From contig OZ242180.1 of assembly GCA_965205485.1 (NCBI GenBank), positions 992,001-1,056,000 of the forward strand: a stretch of DNA of 64,000 nucleotides. Direction: 5' to 3'. The notes beneath the pieces were generated by a model, which saw only the letters and a program-made list of their open reading frames with translations, searched no databases and was not told the DNA's origin. This document shows positions 53,963 to 62,291 of the stretch, in pieces; the first letter of the stretch is position 1, and each line of letters starts with the position of its first letter. The translations under genes were made by a program, and so were the position numbers. This DNA is from Candidatus Latescibacterota bacterium (lineage in GTDB: Bacteria; Latescibacterota; UBA2968; GCA-2709665).

Positions 53963-56434
53963 TCAAATCCCGTAGCGGAACTGAATCTCGCGGGTGTCGC
54001 TTTTGCCGCTGACCCGGTCCTTGATCTTCACCTCCAGAACCTGTACGCCCGGTTTCGATTTCTCCAGGTCGATTTCAAAGTACTGTTGTTCTGTAGTCGC
54101 CGTTCCGGAGTGTTCGTACGATACCGACACCTGTGTCTTCCTACGCTTGAAAAGGGAAGTGATGGCGCCCACCACGCCTTCCGACCGCCCCACGACCGTA
54201 CGGACCAGGTATTCCACCTCGTAGTCGGTCTGTCCGAACCGGTTCTTCTTCAGGTTGTAGATCTCGTAATACGCATATACCTTCTGCGCCTCTCTGTAAT
54301 TCCTGGTGGGCATCGGCACGACCCGGATATCGCCCTTTCTGAATTTTCCCGCCGAATTCGCGTCGGAGATTTCCGAAGCCAGAAGGATGTCGCTGATCTT
54401 GAGCTTTTCAACACCGTAATCGGGCACTTCGACCGCCTGCTTGTAGAGTCCGGTATGTCCGGAAGCCAGATCCTTGATCTGGACCTGGAGTTCGTATTTG
54501 CCCGGCGGCACCGGGGTCTTGAGCATTTCCGGAAGAAACGCCCCTCTGACCCTGTCGAAGTCCGCCCGTCCCTCGTAGTGGAACTCCCGGGTATCGCGAT
54601 AGATCGTCGTGTGCGCGGCGTCGGCCAGGGCCATGGCGCACTGCACGCTGACCTGCGCCGAATCCGCCTGCTCGGCAATCCGGACCTGTTCGGGTGGAAT
54701 GCCATAGTAGACTTCAACGTTGGTCTGGCCGTCGGATCCCTGGAAGTTGGCCAGGTCATAATAGAAATTGAGCGCCGGTCCCTGGATTCCCGGCCGGTAG
54801 TAGTCGGGGGTCTCGTGCGCGGCGTTCTGGTAGATGATCTCGGGTGCGTATTTGACCAGGCGGGTAATGTTGACAAGCTGGTTATTCAGAGCGGTCACCG
54901 GGGGAATCGGGGCAAAATTGAACTGCCCGCTCTTGTTTTCGTCGGTAAACACGATCTCGATTCCCCCCTGGATCTGCGTGTAGATCCAGGTCTCCCAGGG
55001 AACGGTGGCCATATCGGTGTGGATCGTTACGGGTATATAGTCCCCGAATTTATTCCGAGCGATCTGATTTCCGAATTCTTCGAACCTGGCGCCGTCCTGG
55101 TCGTCATAGTCGCTTCGCGTGAGCGGCGTTGGCAGTGGGGTTCCGTCCAGGTCGCGTTCCTGGAACTCCTCTTCATCCGCGGCATCGGTGTTGGAAGTAA
55201 ATCCGTCTTCCAGAAAACTGGCGTCGCGCTGATCGGCCGAACCGAATCCGTGGAGTGCGTCCTGGGTACGCTGGGTAATGGGATGACGAAACGCCCGGAT
55301 CGGGAACACCGGTCCTGTAAACGTCATAAAGGAAGCCTCTGCCCCATAGAGACTGGCGGCCATTCGCATGCGGACCGCCTCCACGTCCGGTGTGAGAGTC
55401 AGGTCGCGTTGATAGGACCGCGACCGGTAGTCCGGCTTTCCATAGCGGATATAGACTTCCCCCCGCTTGTCCCAGGGCGAAACCTTATCAGCAAAGAAGG
55501 TACGCGCATACCAGACCCGCCGGTAGTGCTCGACCATACGTTCGTTGACGCGGGTCATCATATCGGGGTCGCGCCGCAGCCAGAACCGCTCCTGGTATGC
55601 CTTCCGCTGAGTCGTGTCCGGCAACGCCTGATATTCCCGAAGTTCCTCTACGGAAGCCACGTACGCAATATCCGTGTACAATTCGCGCTCGCCCGGCCCG
55701 ACAGTGTCCAGGAAGCGTTCGAAATTGTCCAGCGCCTTGTTGTATTCTTCCTCGTAGAAATGGCCCTGCGCTGCGATGGGAAGCAACCGGGTCTCCCCGT
55801 CAAGCGCCGCCATATGTGGAGCAATGTGTTTGGAGATCCTTTCGTAGGTTTCGGCCTGTATACATGCCAGGCCGAAATAGTAAAGGCCGTCCGGATCGTC
55901 CGGCTCCATCCCAAGATAGGTGTCGAAATAGCCAAGGGCCTTCTCGTGGTCCTCCTTGAAACGCTCGTGCGCCTCTCCCAGCGCACGATAGGCATCAGCC
56001 TGTTCGGGATCCAGTTCGATGGCCTTCTTTGCCGCGCCAACCGCCCGGCGGAAGTTGTGAAAGGCGCTTATCCCCTTTGCCGGCATCTCAGCGTACACAA
56101 GTGCCAGGCCGGCGTGCGCCGCTGCATAATCTTCATCCAGTTTCAGCGCCGCCTCGAAGGACTTCGTTGCCGCCTTGAAGTCTTCAGCCTTCAACTGTAC
56201 GCGGCCCAGACGGGTCAGTATATGCGCGTCGTCCGGAAACGCTTCGGCAAGCCGGGAAAATGTGTCCAGGGCCGCGTCGAGTTGGCGGCCGTCCAGCTGC
56301 CGTTCGCCGACGGCTTGAATGGAATCCCGTATCGAAGCCGTCCCCGCTGTCGACGATACGCTCAGTCCCAGCATCATAACGACGATACAGTATCGCTGAA
56401 GGTGGACCGGCTGAAATCGACGTCCGATGTCCAT
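53963..56434 (-). CDS. TPR + GWxTD-domain protein with C-terminal Ig-like domains
   Basis: Signal-like N-terminus and TPRs. FW.RRDPD.MT.VNERMVEHYRRVWYA..F...WDKRGEVYIRYGKPD; WETWIY; LKISDILLA. Confidence 0.8.
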   Translation of the reverse strand: MDIGRRFQPVHLQRYCIVVMMLGLSVSSTAGTASIRDSIQAVGERQLDGRQLDAALDTFSRLAEAFPDDAHILTRLGRVQLKAEDFKAATKSFEAALKLDEDYAAAHAGLALVYAEMPAKGISAFHNFRRAVGAAKKAIELDPEQADAYRALGEAHERFKEDHEKALGYFDTYLGMEPDDPDGLYYFGLACIQAETYERISKHIAPHMAALDGETRLLPIAAQGHFYEEEYNKALDNFERFLDTVGPGERELYTDIAYVASVEELREYQALPDTTQRKAYQERFWLRRDPDMMTRVNERMVEHYRRVWYARTFFADKVSPWDKRGEVYIRYGKPDYRSRSYQRDLTLTPDVEAVRMRMAASLYGAEASFMTFTGPVFPIRAFRHPITQRTQDALHGFGSADQRDASFLEDGFTSNTDAADEEEFQERDLDGTPLPTPLTRSDYDDQDGARFEEFGNQIARNKFGDYIPVTIHTDMATVPWETWIYTQIQGGIEIVFTDENKSGQFNFAPIPPVTALNNQLVNITRLVKYAPEIIYQNAAHETPDYYRPGIQGPALNFYYDLANFQGSDGQTNVEVYYGIPPEQVRIAEQADSAQVSVQCAMALADAAHTTIYRDTREFHYEGRADFDRVRGAFLPEMLKTPVPPGKYELQVQIKDLASGHTGLYKQAVEVPDYGVEKLKISDILLASEISDANSAGKFRKGDIRVVPMPTRNYREAQKVYAYYEIYNLKKNRFGQTDYEVEYLVRTVVGRSEGVVGAITSLFKRRKTQVSVSYEHSGTATTEQQYFEIDLEKSKPGVQVLEVKIKDRVSGKSDTREIQFRYGI

Positions 56435-56450
56435 GGTGTGCCCCCTTGTC

Positions 56451-58181
56451 TCAATCCGCCGCCGGATTGTTTCTCAGCGGCGTTCCGGCAACAACTCCCC
56501 GTCCCTCCCGAACGGTCACGGTCTGCCCGGCAGCAACGTTGCTGATCCGTTCAATCCGGCCCGATGGCCAGGCCACCTCAACCGAATCGACCGTCCCGGC
56601 CCCTGCCAGACCGAATGTCAATGCCTGCTCACTCTGCGAACAATAGCTTGATCCCGACCTCACGTAGCGCGTTTGCACCACGTCCGCCGACCGCACGCGC
56701 ACGGTCGCGCCAATTCCGTCCCGGTTGGACCAGCGCGGCTCTCCGTCCGGCTGGCGGACGTCCTCGCCGGCGGTCGCAATGCCTCCAATCAGTTTCACCC
56801 TCAGACAGCGGTTCCGGTTCCCGCCTTCGTTGCGATAGAGCGCGGGACGACCGTTGTTGGCGGCGACCAGCACGTCCAGGTCGCCGTCGCCGTCATAGTC
56901 CGCGTACGCCGCGCCGCGCCCGACCAGGCGACCGACGAGACCGCTTGCCGCACCCATCTCCTCGAAGCTGCCATCGCCCCGGTTTTTGTAGAGTAACGGG
57001 CGCTGAGCGTAGCTGAGGTGGGATTTGACCCGGCGGATCCGGCTGTCCACGTGTCCGTTTGCCGCGAACAGGTCCAGGTGCCCGTCCAGATCGAAATCGA
57101 AAAAGAAAACTCCGAAGGTGACGAACGGCGCACTCGGGTGCCCCACGCCGGAAGGCAGGGTCCGGTCCGTGAAGTATGCCCCGTCCCGGTTCTCAAACAG
57201 GGAAATCATCTCGTAGGCGAAGTTCCCGATGGCCACGTCCTCCCTGCCGGCGTTGCGGACGTCTCCGGCGCCGACTCCCATCCCCGACTTCGCCTCGCCG
57301 GCGGCGCTGTACGCCACGCCCGCCAAAAGGCCATCCTCGGTAAACGTGCCGTCCCCGTTGTTGCGGAACAGGTAATCCGGCATGGTATCGTTGGACATCA
57401 GGATGTCGGGCCATCCGTCGCCATTGTAATCGAGGGAGACGGCGGACATGCCCTTGCCCGGCTTTCCGCCGATGCCCGACGCTTCCGTAACGTCCGAAAA
57501 CCGGTCTCCGTCATTCCTGTACAGCCGTGAGTAAACCGGATCGTACAGCTGTGGCGCATACGAACGCGCCCCCGAACGCGCTGACAGCCAGTTATCCCGT
57601 TCCGCCGACCATCGCAGGTAGTTGCCCACAAACAGGTCCAGGTCTCCGTCCCGGTCGTAATCCAGCCAGACCGCGCACACGCTCCACGTGGAGTCACCCA
57701 CCCCCGCCTGCGTCGTCACGTCCTCAAACCGTCCGTCGCCCCGATTTCGAAAGAGCCGGTTCGCGCCCAGGCCAGCCACGTACAGGTCGCTGTCCCCGTC
57801 GTTATCGTAGTCTCCGGCCGCGCAGCCCATCCCGAATATGGGCTGATCGAGTCCCGCCTGCTCGGTCACGTCGGAGAAACGACTGTTTCCGTCGTTCCGG
57901 TAGAGCGCCATCGTGGATAGCGGCTCGGGCCCGCGCTCGTGCATCGTAGCGCAACTGATCAGGAGAATATCCGAATCCCCGTCGCCGTCAAAGTCCCAGA
58001 ACGCGCATCCGGACCCCATCGATTCCGGCATCAGCTCGCTGCCGGAGCCCCCGTTGTCGTGCCTGAACCGGATCCCTGCGGAACGGGTTACATCCTTGAA
58101 GATCACTCCCTGCGCAAGGCCGTTTCCCTCCATGCACATTGAGAACGCGAGAACCGCGAATATGGTCCTTGTGCGTTTCAC
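56451..58181 (-). CDS. CRTAC1-family protein (FG-GAP repeats + ASPIC/UnbV)
   Basis: FxDVT..AG and DYDNDGD.DL repeats; SNRDGIGATV; SYCSQSE..LTFGL; V.WPSG. GTG 58181 overlaps the upstream TGA. Confidence 0.88.
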   Translation of the reverse strand: MKRTRTIFAVLAFSMCMEGNGLAQGVIFKDVTRSAGIRFRHDNGGSGSELMPESMGSGCAFWDFDGDGDSDILLISCATMHERGPEPLSTMALYRNDGNSRFSDVTEQAGLDQPIFGMGCAAGDYDNDGDSDLYVAGLGANRLFRNRGDGRFEDVTTQAGVGDSTWSVCAVWLDYDRDGDLDLFVGNYLRWSAERDNWLSARSGARSYAPQLYDPVYSRLYRNDGDRFSDVTEASGIGGKPGKGMSAVSLDYNGDGWPDILMSNDTMPDYLFRNNGDGTFTEDGLLAGVAYSAAGEAKSGMGVGAGDVRNAGREDVAIGNFAYEMISLFENRDGAYFTDRTLPSGVGHPSAPFVTFGVFFFDFDLDGHLDLFAANGHVDSRIRRVKSHLSYAQRPLLYKNRGDGSFEEMGAASGLVGRLVGRGAAYADYDGDGDLDVLVAANNGRPALYRNEGGNRNRCLRVKLIGGIATAGEDVRQPDGEPRWSNRDGIGATVRVRSADVVQTRYVRSGSSYCSQSEQALTFGLAGAGTVDSVEVAWPSGRIERISNVAAGQTVTVREGRGVVAGTPLRNNPAAD

Positions 58182-59308
58182 TCTTTTCGAGACGCTTCCA
58201 GCCGGGCAAGCCTGGTCCTGGCGTCCGCGACCCACGCCTTCTGTGCGGAATCCCGCCGGGCCAGCCTCAGATAAGCCCGCCAGTGATAGATGGCGCGCTC
58301 AACGCCGCCCGTCCGTTCGTGAATGATGCCCAGATTGTAATGTCCGTCGGCAAAATCCGGCGCGAGGCCGACGGCGCGCGTATAGGACTCAATCGCCGCC
58401 GTGTGGTCGCCGAGATTGAAATACGCGTTGGCCAGGCCCGCGTAACGCATCGCGTGCTGGTGTCCGGCCACCGACCGCGTGTACGCACCCTGATTCGCAT
58501 CCACCATCGACACGACCGAATCCGGCGGCGCGCTCTCCGGTTTCAGCCGGATGGCCTCCCTGTACGAGGCCACCGCCTCCCCGTACCGTCCCTGCCGGGA
58601 ATATACATTGCCCAGATTGTAGTGCGCCTCGGCGAGAACCGGCATCAGCCGGATGGCCTCCACCTGCCGGGAAACGGCCCCGTCCAGGTCTCCGCTGAGC
58701 ATATGGACAAGGCCCAGATTCGCCTGCGCCTCGGCGTAGTCCGGCATCAGCGCAACAGCCCGTCGATACGCAATACCCGCATCCTCCACTCTACCGCGGT
58801 CCAGAAACTGGGTGCCCCTCGCAACCTGCTGCGCGGCGGCCTGGCAACGGGAGACCGACCCCAGGAAGAGCGCCTTCATCGGATCGCCGGAAAAGGGCAG
58901 CCCCGCAAGGGCGGCCCGGCGATAGGCTGCCAGCGCGTCCCCGTACCTTCGCTGGCGCGCTTCCATCAGGCCCAGCAGGTAGTGCGCCGCGGCGAAATCC
59001 GGAGCGGCGGCCAGGGCCTCGCGCAGGCGCGCAACCGTGAAACCGATCTCCGACCGGGTGAGGCTCCAGCCCGGCTCACTCCCGGTCCGGTTCCCGGCCA
59101 CGAGTCTGGCGGCTTCCGCGAAATGTGGATATGCGCCGTTCGTACATCCCGCCCCGAATCCCGTCGCCGCCCGAGAGGCCAGACCGGTTGCTTCGTGCAA
59201 ACGGTCGGCCACGCTATCCGCCAGCGCGAGCCCTGCTTCGCTCGCCACCAGAGGTTGCGCCGACGAAACGCAGACCACCAGCATTCCCTGCCGAAGCGCG
59301 CGACGCAC
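58178..59308 (-). CDS. Tetratricopeptide repeat protein
   Basis: Repeated AHYNLG/AQANLG...A...Y..AI.L.P units. Start uncertain (59347, 59308 or 59284). Confidence 0.8.
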   Translation of the reverse strand: MRRALRQGMLVVCVSSAQPLVASEAGLALADSVADRLHEATGLASRAATGFGAGCTNGAYPHFAEAARLVAGNRTGSEPGWSLTRSEIGFTVARLREALAAAPDFAAAHYLLGLMEARQRRYGDALAAYRRAALAGLPFSGDPMKALFLGSVSRCQAAAQQVARGTQFLDRGRVEDAGIAYRRAVALMPDYAEAQANLGLVHMLSGDLDGAVSRQVEAIRLMPVLAEAHYNLGNVYSRQGRYGEAVASYREAIRLKPESAPPDSVVSMVDANQGAYTRSVAGHQHAMRYAGLANAYFNLGDHTAAIESYTRAVGLAPDFADGHYNLGIIHERTGGVERAIYHWRAYLRLARRDSAQKAWVADARTRLARLEASRKE

Positions 59309-59324
59309 CGTGCCGGCGCGCAGG

Positions 59325-60182
59325 CTATTGACGTACGTCCCGAGCACAGCGAAATCCGATGAAATTGCCCTTCTGGTCGGGATAGAATCTGAACCGGGCG
59401 GATGTTTTAAGGTAATGGGGAAGATGGTGCCAGGAACTGCCTCTCACAACGCGAAACGTCCCGTCCGCGGGACCAGCTGGATCCTCCCCTGGACTTCGAC
59501 CATAGTAGGTGTCGTCGTACCAGTCGTTGCACCACTCCCACGCGTTGCCCGCCATGTCCAGCAACCCGTAAGGGCTCGCGCCCCTGGGCCTGGAACCCAC
59601 CGGCAGGGTATGACAGAACTCCCCCGGCACGGGGCCGGCGGAAGGATTCGCCCAGTTGGTGCGGCCGCACGTGCCGCCCAGATCCATGATTGCGTAGTCC
59701 GCGCCGGGCGCCTGTTCACCCCACGGGTAGGTCCGTCCGTCTGTTCCGCGCGCCGCCTTTTCCCACTGCGCTTCCGTGGGCAGGCGTCCGCCCCGCCACC
59801 TGCAGTAAGCGTCCGCCTCCGTCCACGTCACGCCCACGACAGGCTGGCGGTCATTCGAAAATAACGGATTTCCGGTCTCAGCCGGCAATGACGCCCCGGT
59901 CGCGCGCGCGTACGCACTGAACTGAGCATTCGTCACTTCGTATTTGTCTATATAAAACGCGCTGAGATAGACGACATGCGCAGGGCCTTCGGGGTCGAAA
60001 CCCTGATTCGTACCCATCAGGAAGTCGCCCGCATTTACGACCAGCATCGTGTCCACGGTACCCGCCGGCGTACGGTCCAGGAAGACCCCTTCAGGCAGTT
60101 CGTCCAGGAGGGACTCTCCGCTGCACCCGGCGCACACCAGGAGACCGTACCGGGCAACTCGCCACCACTTGCGCCGGCACAT
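59325..60182 (-). CDS. FGE-sulfatase-fold (SUMF1-like) lipoprotein, non-catalytic type
   Basis: Lipobox-like LVCAGC. FLMG, YEVTNAQF, PVVGVTW.EA, RLPTEAQWEKAARG, DMAGNAWEW, GFRCAR. Lacks the CxxxxC pair after RGxS. Confidence 0.82.
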   Translation of the reverse strand: MCRRKWWRVARYGLLVCAGCSGESLLDELPEGVFLDRTPAGTVDTMLVVNAGDFLMGTNQGFDPEGPAHVVYLSAFYIDKYEVTNAQFSAYARATGASLPAETGNPLFSNDRQPVVGVTWTEADAYCRWRGGRLPTEAQWEKAARGTDGRTYPWGEQAPGADYAIMDLGGTCGRTNWANPSAGPVPGEFCHTLPVGSRPRGASPYGLLDMAGNAWEWCNDWYDDTYYGRSPGEDPAGPADGTFRVVRGSSWHHLPHYLKTSARFRFYPDQKGNFIGFRCARDVRQ

Positions 60183-60184
60183 GG

Positions 60185-61072
60185 TCAGTTTACGTCCCTC
60201 GCGCAGCGGACGCCCCATCCGTCCGTGGCTCCCGTGGGATCGGACCAGCTGCGATAGGTGATGCTGAGCTTGTTCGGATCCTGTCCCGCCGCGGTCCGCC
60301 AGGAACCGCCCCGAAGTATTCGAAATCTGCCCTGCTCCGGTCCCGTGGGTCCGATGGTTGCGCTCACCTTGTAATATTCGGCGTCGTAGTAGTCCGCGCA
60401 CCACTCCCACACGTTTCCGACCAGGTCCATCGCTCCGTAGAAACTGACGCCCTCGGGGTAGTTTCCCACCGGCGCCAGGGTATTGTCGTACCCGTCGTCG
60501 CCGTCCCTGTAATTCGCCCGTGAACCGTTCAAACCCTTGTTCCAGGGGTAGGGCTCCCTCGCCTCGTCACCGCGCGCGGTCTTCTCCCATTCCGCTTCGG
60601 TAGGCAACCTGGCCGCGCGCCAGGCGCAGTAGGCGGCCGCATCGAACCAGTTGATCCCCACGACCGGAAAATTCGGACTGGTTTCCGCCCGGTCCGGCCA
60701 GTCACCAATGCCGTTCGTGGACCCATGGCTGGCCGGCGTATGCCGTTCGCGGTTGCCGCCGTCCGGAGCGGCCCAGAATTGGAAATACCGGGCATTGGTC
60801 ACTTCATACCGGTCTATATAGAACGCGCTCAGATACACCTCCCGCGCGGGTTGCTGGTCCGCCGGTCCGCGTTCCATACCCATGGTGAAGTGACCCGCCG
60901 GGACCCGGACCATTTCCACGCCGTCGAAGAGCCGCACCAGACCCACCGGAAGGGGTCGATCCTTGTTCGGATCGAACTCCTCCACGGCACCCGTGGGCGG
61001 TTCGTCCGCGCCGCCGCAAGCCAGGACGCCGCAGCAGATCAGACAAGCACGGAAAAACCCGATGGCACGCAT
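60185..61072 (-). CDS. FGE-sulfatase-fold lipoprotein, second tandem copy
   Basis: ATG 61072 with GAGGT; lipobox VLAC. RLPTEAEWEKTARG, GNVWEW, RGGSW. No catalytic Cys pair. Confidence 0.82.
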   Translation of the reverse strand: MRAIGFFRACLICCGVLACGGADEPPTGAVEEFDPNKDRPLPVGLVRLFDGVEMVRVPAGHFTMGMERGPADQQPAREVYLSAFYIDRYEVTNARYFQFWAAPDGGNRERHTPASHGSTNGIGDWPDRAETSPNFPVVGINWFDAAAYCAWRAARLPTEAEWEKTARGDEAREPYPWNKGLNGSRANYRDGDDGYDNTLAPVGNYPEGVSFYGAMDLVGNVWEWCADYYDAEYYKVSATIGPTGPEQGRFRILRGGSWRTAAGQDPNKLSITYRSWSDPTGATDGWGVRCARDVN

Positions 61073-61152
61073 AGACCACCTCGCACCAGGGACCCCTCCC
61101 CGACCGCGTTCTGCTGATCTTGGATTTGTTCCCTTATCAATCCGTGTACCGA

Positions 61153-61215
61153 TAACAAAACGGCGGCCAATGCCCCTTCCCGCCGACCCGGCCGGAGACA
61201 CATTGCGCCGCCGTT
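61153..61215 (-). terminator. Possible intrinsic terminator downstream of the porV-like gene
   Basis: Imperfect long stem AACGGCGGC-CAATG / CATTG-C-GCCGCCGTT, followed on the minus strand by TTTTGTT. Confidence 0.35.
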
Positions 61216-61273
61216 AGCGCTGTTTCTGTTTACATTAGAGCGGCCCCGCTACGGACCGCCACGTCATCTGATA

Positions 61274-62254
61274 CTAAAATGCGCCGCCGATACTGAACCG
61301 AATCGGTGCGTCCAGCAACTCGCCGACGTTGGTATAGCCGACGTCCACCAGCACCGTCCGGTCGCCCCAGTCGCCCTTGAATCCCGCGCCGAAGCTGTAA
61401 GTCTCCAGGTCGTGGTTGAACTTGTAACCGGCGCGCAGGGCCACCGCCCCCGACAACCACAATTCGCAACCCATCTGCCACCGCTGCTCGTAGTCCACCT
61501 GGTAGGAACTCTCGAAAGAGACCGTCAGGTAATTCGGCTCGTCCATCTGACCGAAGAGCTCCATGGCCACGCCGATATCGAAATTCATCGGCATCAGGAA
61601 TTTCTGGTCTTCCGCCAGCACCTTGGTGTCCGGCCCGAAATTCCGCATGGCCAGGGCAATTCGGGAACTCCGGAAACCCGTGTAGAAGTGGGTGCCGGCG
61701 TCCAGAACGAGGGAGGTCATGTTGTCCACGTGCAGGGTCTCGGAGATATACACCACCCGGACGCCCAGGCCCAGCTTGTCGGTTGCATGAAACGCATAGG
61801 CCAGGCCGACGGAAGTTCCGCCGCCCTTGATCATTTCCCCCGTGCCCTCGGGGTTGAATATGGTGCGTACCGGCATATCGCCCACGTCGTAATTCAACAC
61901 GCTGGCGCCCAGAACCCCCCAGCCCGTCCGATAGGCGAACGCGCCGCTGTAGAACCCCGTGTCGACCAGCCACCGGGTGTGGGAAAGCTGGTACCCGAAA
62001 CGCTCCAGGTGAACCAGACCGGCCGGGTTGAAATAGATCGCGTTGATGTCGTTCGAAACGGCCGTAAACGCATCTCCCATGGCCGCCGCGCGCGGGGACT
62101 GGGTCACCTTCATCCACGGAAACGACGCCAGTCCCAGTTTCCGGAAATCCTCGGACTTGAGGATTTCGGGCACGTCCCGCGCTTCCACTGGCGAGTTCCC
62201 GAATGCGCCGGCCACGAGAACGATCATCAGTGTCATGCAAAGTATCCGCTTCAT
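61274..62254 (-). CDS. PorV/PorQ family outer-membrane beta-barrel
   Basis: Signal peptide; SPRAAAMGDAFTAV.ND.NAIYFNPAGL; amphipathic beta-strands; ALRAGY; terminal Phe. AAGGAG RBS. Confidence 0.85.
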   Translation of the reverse strand: MKRILCMTLMIVLVAGAFGNSPVEARDVPEILKSEDFRKLGLASFPWMKVTQSPRAAAMGDAFTAVSNDINAIYFNPAGLVHLERFGYQLSHTRWLVDTGFYSGAFAYRTGWGVLGASVLNYDVGDMPVRTIFNPEGTGEMIKGGGTSVGLAYAFHATDKLGLGVRVVYISETLHVDNMTSLVLDAGTHFYTGFRSSRIALAMRNFGPDTKVLAEDQKFLMPMNFDIGVAMELFGQMDEPNYLTVSFESSYQVDYEQRWQMGCELWLSGAVALRAGYKFNHDLETYSFGAGFKGDWGDRTVLVDVGYTNVGELLDAPIRFSIGGAF

Positions 62255-62291
62255 AAGCTTATCGCTCCTTCCCGGGATTGCCTCACGCCGG

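Noticed and set aside
53627..56545. 972-aa plus-strand ORF
   Set aside because: Antisense to the GWxTD gene, with no recognisable domain.
59325..61072. True formylglycine-generating enzymes for sulfatase maturation
   Set aside because: Both lack the CxxxxC copper-binding pair after RG(G/S)S and carry lipoboxes; no sulfatase was seen in the window.
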